Assembly (NCBI GenBank): GCA_050084985.1
Contig: JBITNC010000002.1
Location: 32,302,001-32,366,000, forward strand
Source: Nageia nagi
Taxonomy: Eukaryota > Plantae > Pinophyta
Length of the DNA: 64,000 nt
Direction: 5' to 3'
Within the stretch, counting starts at the first letter, position 1. The number at the start of each line of letters is the position of its first letter. The translations under genes were made by a program, and so were the position numbers. Below the pieces are notes generated by a model. It did not search any database. It was not told the origin of the DNA and was given only the letters and a program-made list of their open reading frames with translations. Shown in pieces: positions 62,818 to 64,000 of this stretch.

Positions 62818-63900
62818 TTATTAAGAGGAAGTGAAGATCTTTACCTTGAAATGGAACTTGAGAAGATAATTTTCTTTACTTCAAGTGGTTCTTATCTTTT
62901 GCTTGGCCCTCTCTTTTATTCTTTCTTTGATGGTGGTATTTAAGATTTTGTTGGATATCAATCTATATTATAATATAATTTTCCATATATTTTAGTGTGG
63001 TTTTAACCATTTTATATTATTTTAATCCTCTAATCCCACTTAGATTTTGTGTTTTCAATATTTCTATCTCTGCTGGGTTACATTCTTTACCATCAATAAC
63101 TTGCATTAGAATATAGGTGAAGATGTTATTTATTTTTCTAGTGTTATCATTAGTTTTGTTCTTCTTCTAGGTTGATATCCTCTTGGGTTCCTAGAAACTA
63201 TTTGTAGTAGTCCCCTCTTATTATTTTATCATTTTAATCTAGCACTCCTGCTAGGTGTCCATAGTTATAGTGAATCTAACCTTTATAAATAATATTATCA
63301 AAGTTAATTTCTAATTCCATGTCTTATATTTACTTGGAATATAATTTTCTTTGGTAGGGATTTATTGAAACCCATCAAAATACATAATCAAGCATAAATC
63401 ATATATTCAAAGTTGTATATACATTTAGCCATTACCATGAATATTCTCAATACCTTAGTTTACAATTATGATAATTTGCAAGTAACCTAAATAACTTGAT
63501 CCATACTAGAAATACTATTGGGAATTCCTCTACTTTAAATTTTATATATTAGAGTTTGATAAAGATCCCTAATCTTATAAGGAACCATGACCCTCCTTGA
63601 AAATCTTATTTTCTATCTTCATCACTTGAAAATATGACAAATAAATACCCATTAGAGTAAGATGTTTTTTAGTATTCTTCCTTCATGCACCATTACTTTG
63701 ATGCCCAAATCTTGAATGCTTCCAAGTGGGATATGAAGGCCATGGATTTACATATCAATCTTATTTTCTCCATGGTATCAATTCCATCATTACAATTTTA
63801 TTTCCTTGACATTACTATTAGAGATTTATCTTCAAACATCATACAACCCTTCTTTCTTTTCTTTTTTGGGATCTACGAAATTATTTTCAAGATTTTTTGT
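62818..63900 (-). mobile_element. Older LINE, 5' piece (ORF1, DUF4283-like)
   Basis: NGYLFVIFSSDEDRK*DFQGGSWFL...VWIKLFRL...YA*LCILMGFNKSLP resemble plant L1 ORF1 motifs; continues on the other side of the inserted LINE. Confidence 0.75.
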
Positions 63901-64000
63901 AAGAACCTAACACCATTACAAGATCTGGTTTCTCTTTATGTTGATCAAACTATATCCCAAAATTATATTTTTTTAGAAGGAGCGGATGAATTTACCCTAT

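Overview
AT-rich, CpG/CHG-depleted plant nuclear DNA, most likely a gymnosperm, and almost entirely nested transposons around one living gene. From left to right: (1) a decayed Plant Mobile Domain gene fragment; (2) a complete, old 20.4-kb Ty3/gypsy Tat-type retrotransposon (2547-22916, TSD AATCC) whose 6.1-kb LTRs each carry a ~3.3-kb ORF remnant in U3, with an archaeal-type RNase H placed before RT; (3) an old minus-strand gypsy remnant interrupted by a young gag-only LTR element (25503-29998, TSD ATAAT) that has two tRNA-Arg-type PBSs and a tRNA-3'-end-like sequence where the PPT should be; (4) a 13.2-kb Pack-MULE-like element (33399-46615, ~0.9-1.1-kb TIRs, 9-bp TSD TTCATATAT) carrying PPR and crotonase-like fragments, two fold-back hairpins and a 54-bp satellite; (5) an apparently intact MIR396 gene on the minus strand (~50.3-53.2 kb) next to a ~216-bp tandem array; (6) a TSD-bounded, 5'-truncated L1-like LINE (57104-62800) with an extra third ORF between ORF2 and the poly(A) tail, inserted into an older LINE. 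All alignments and translations were done by eye. Family and tRNA assignments come from recalled consensus motifs, not database searches.
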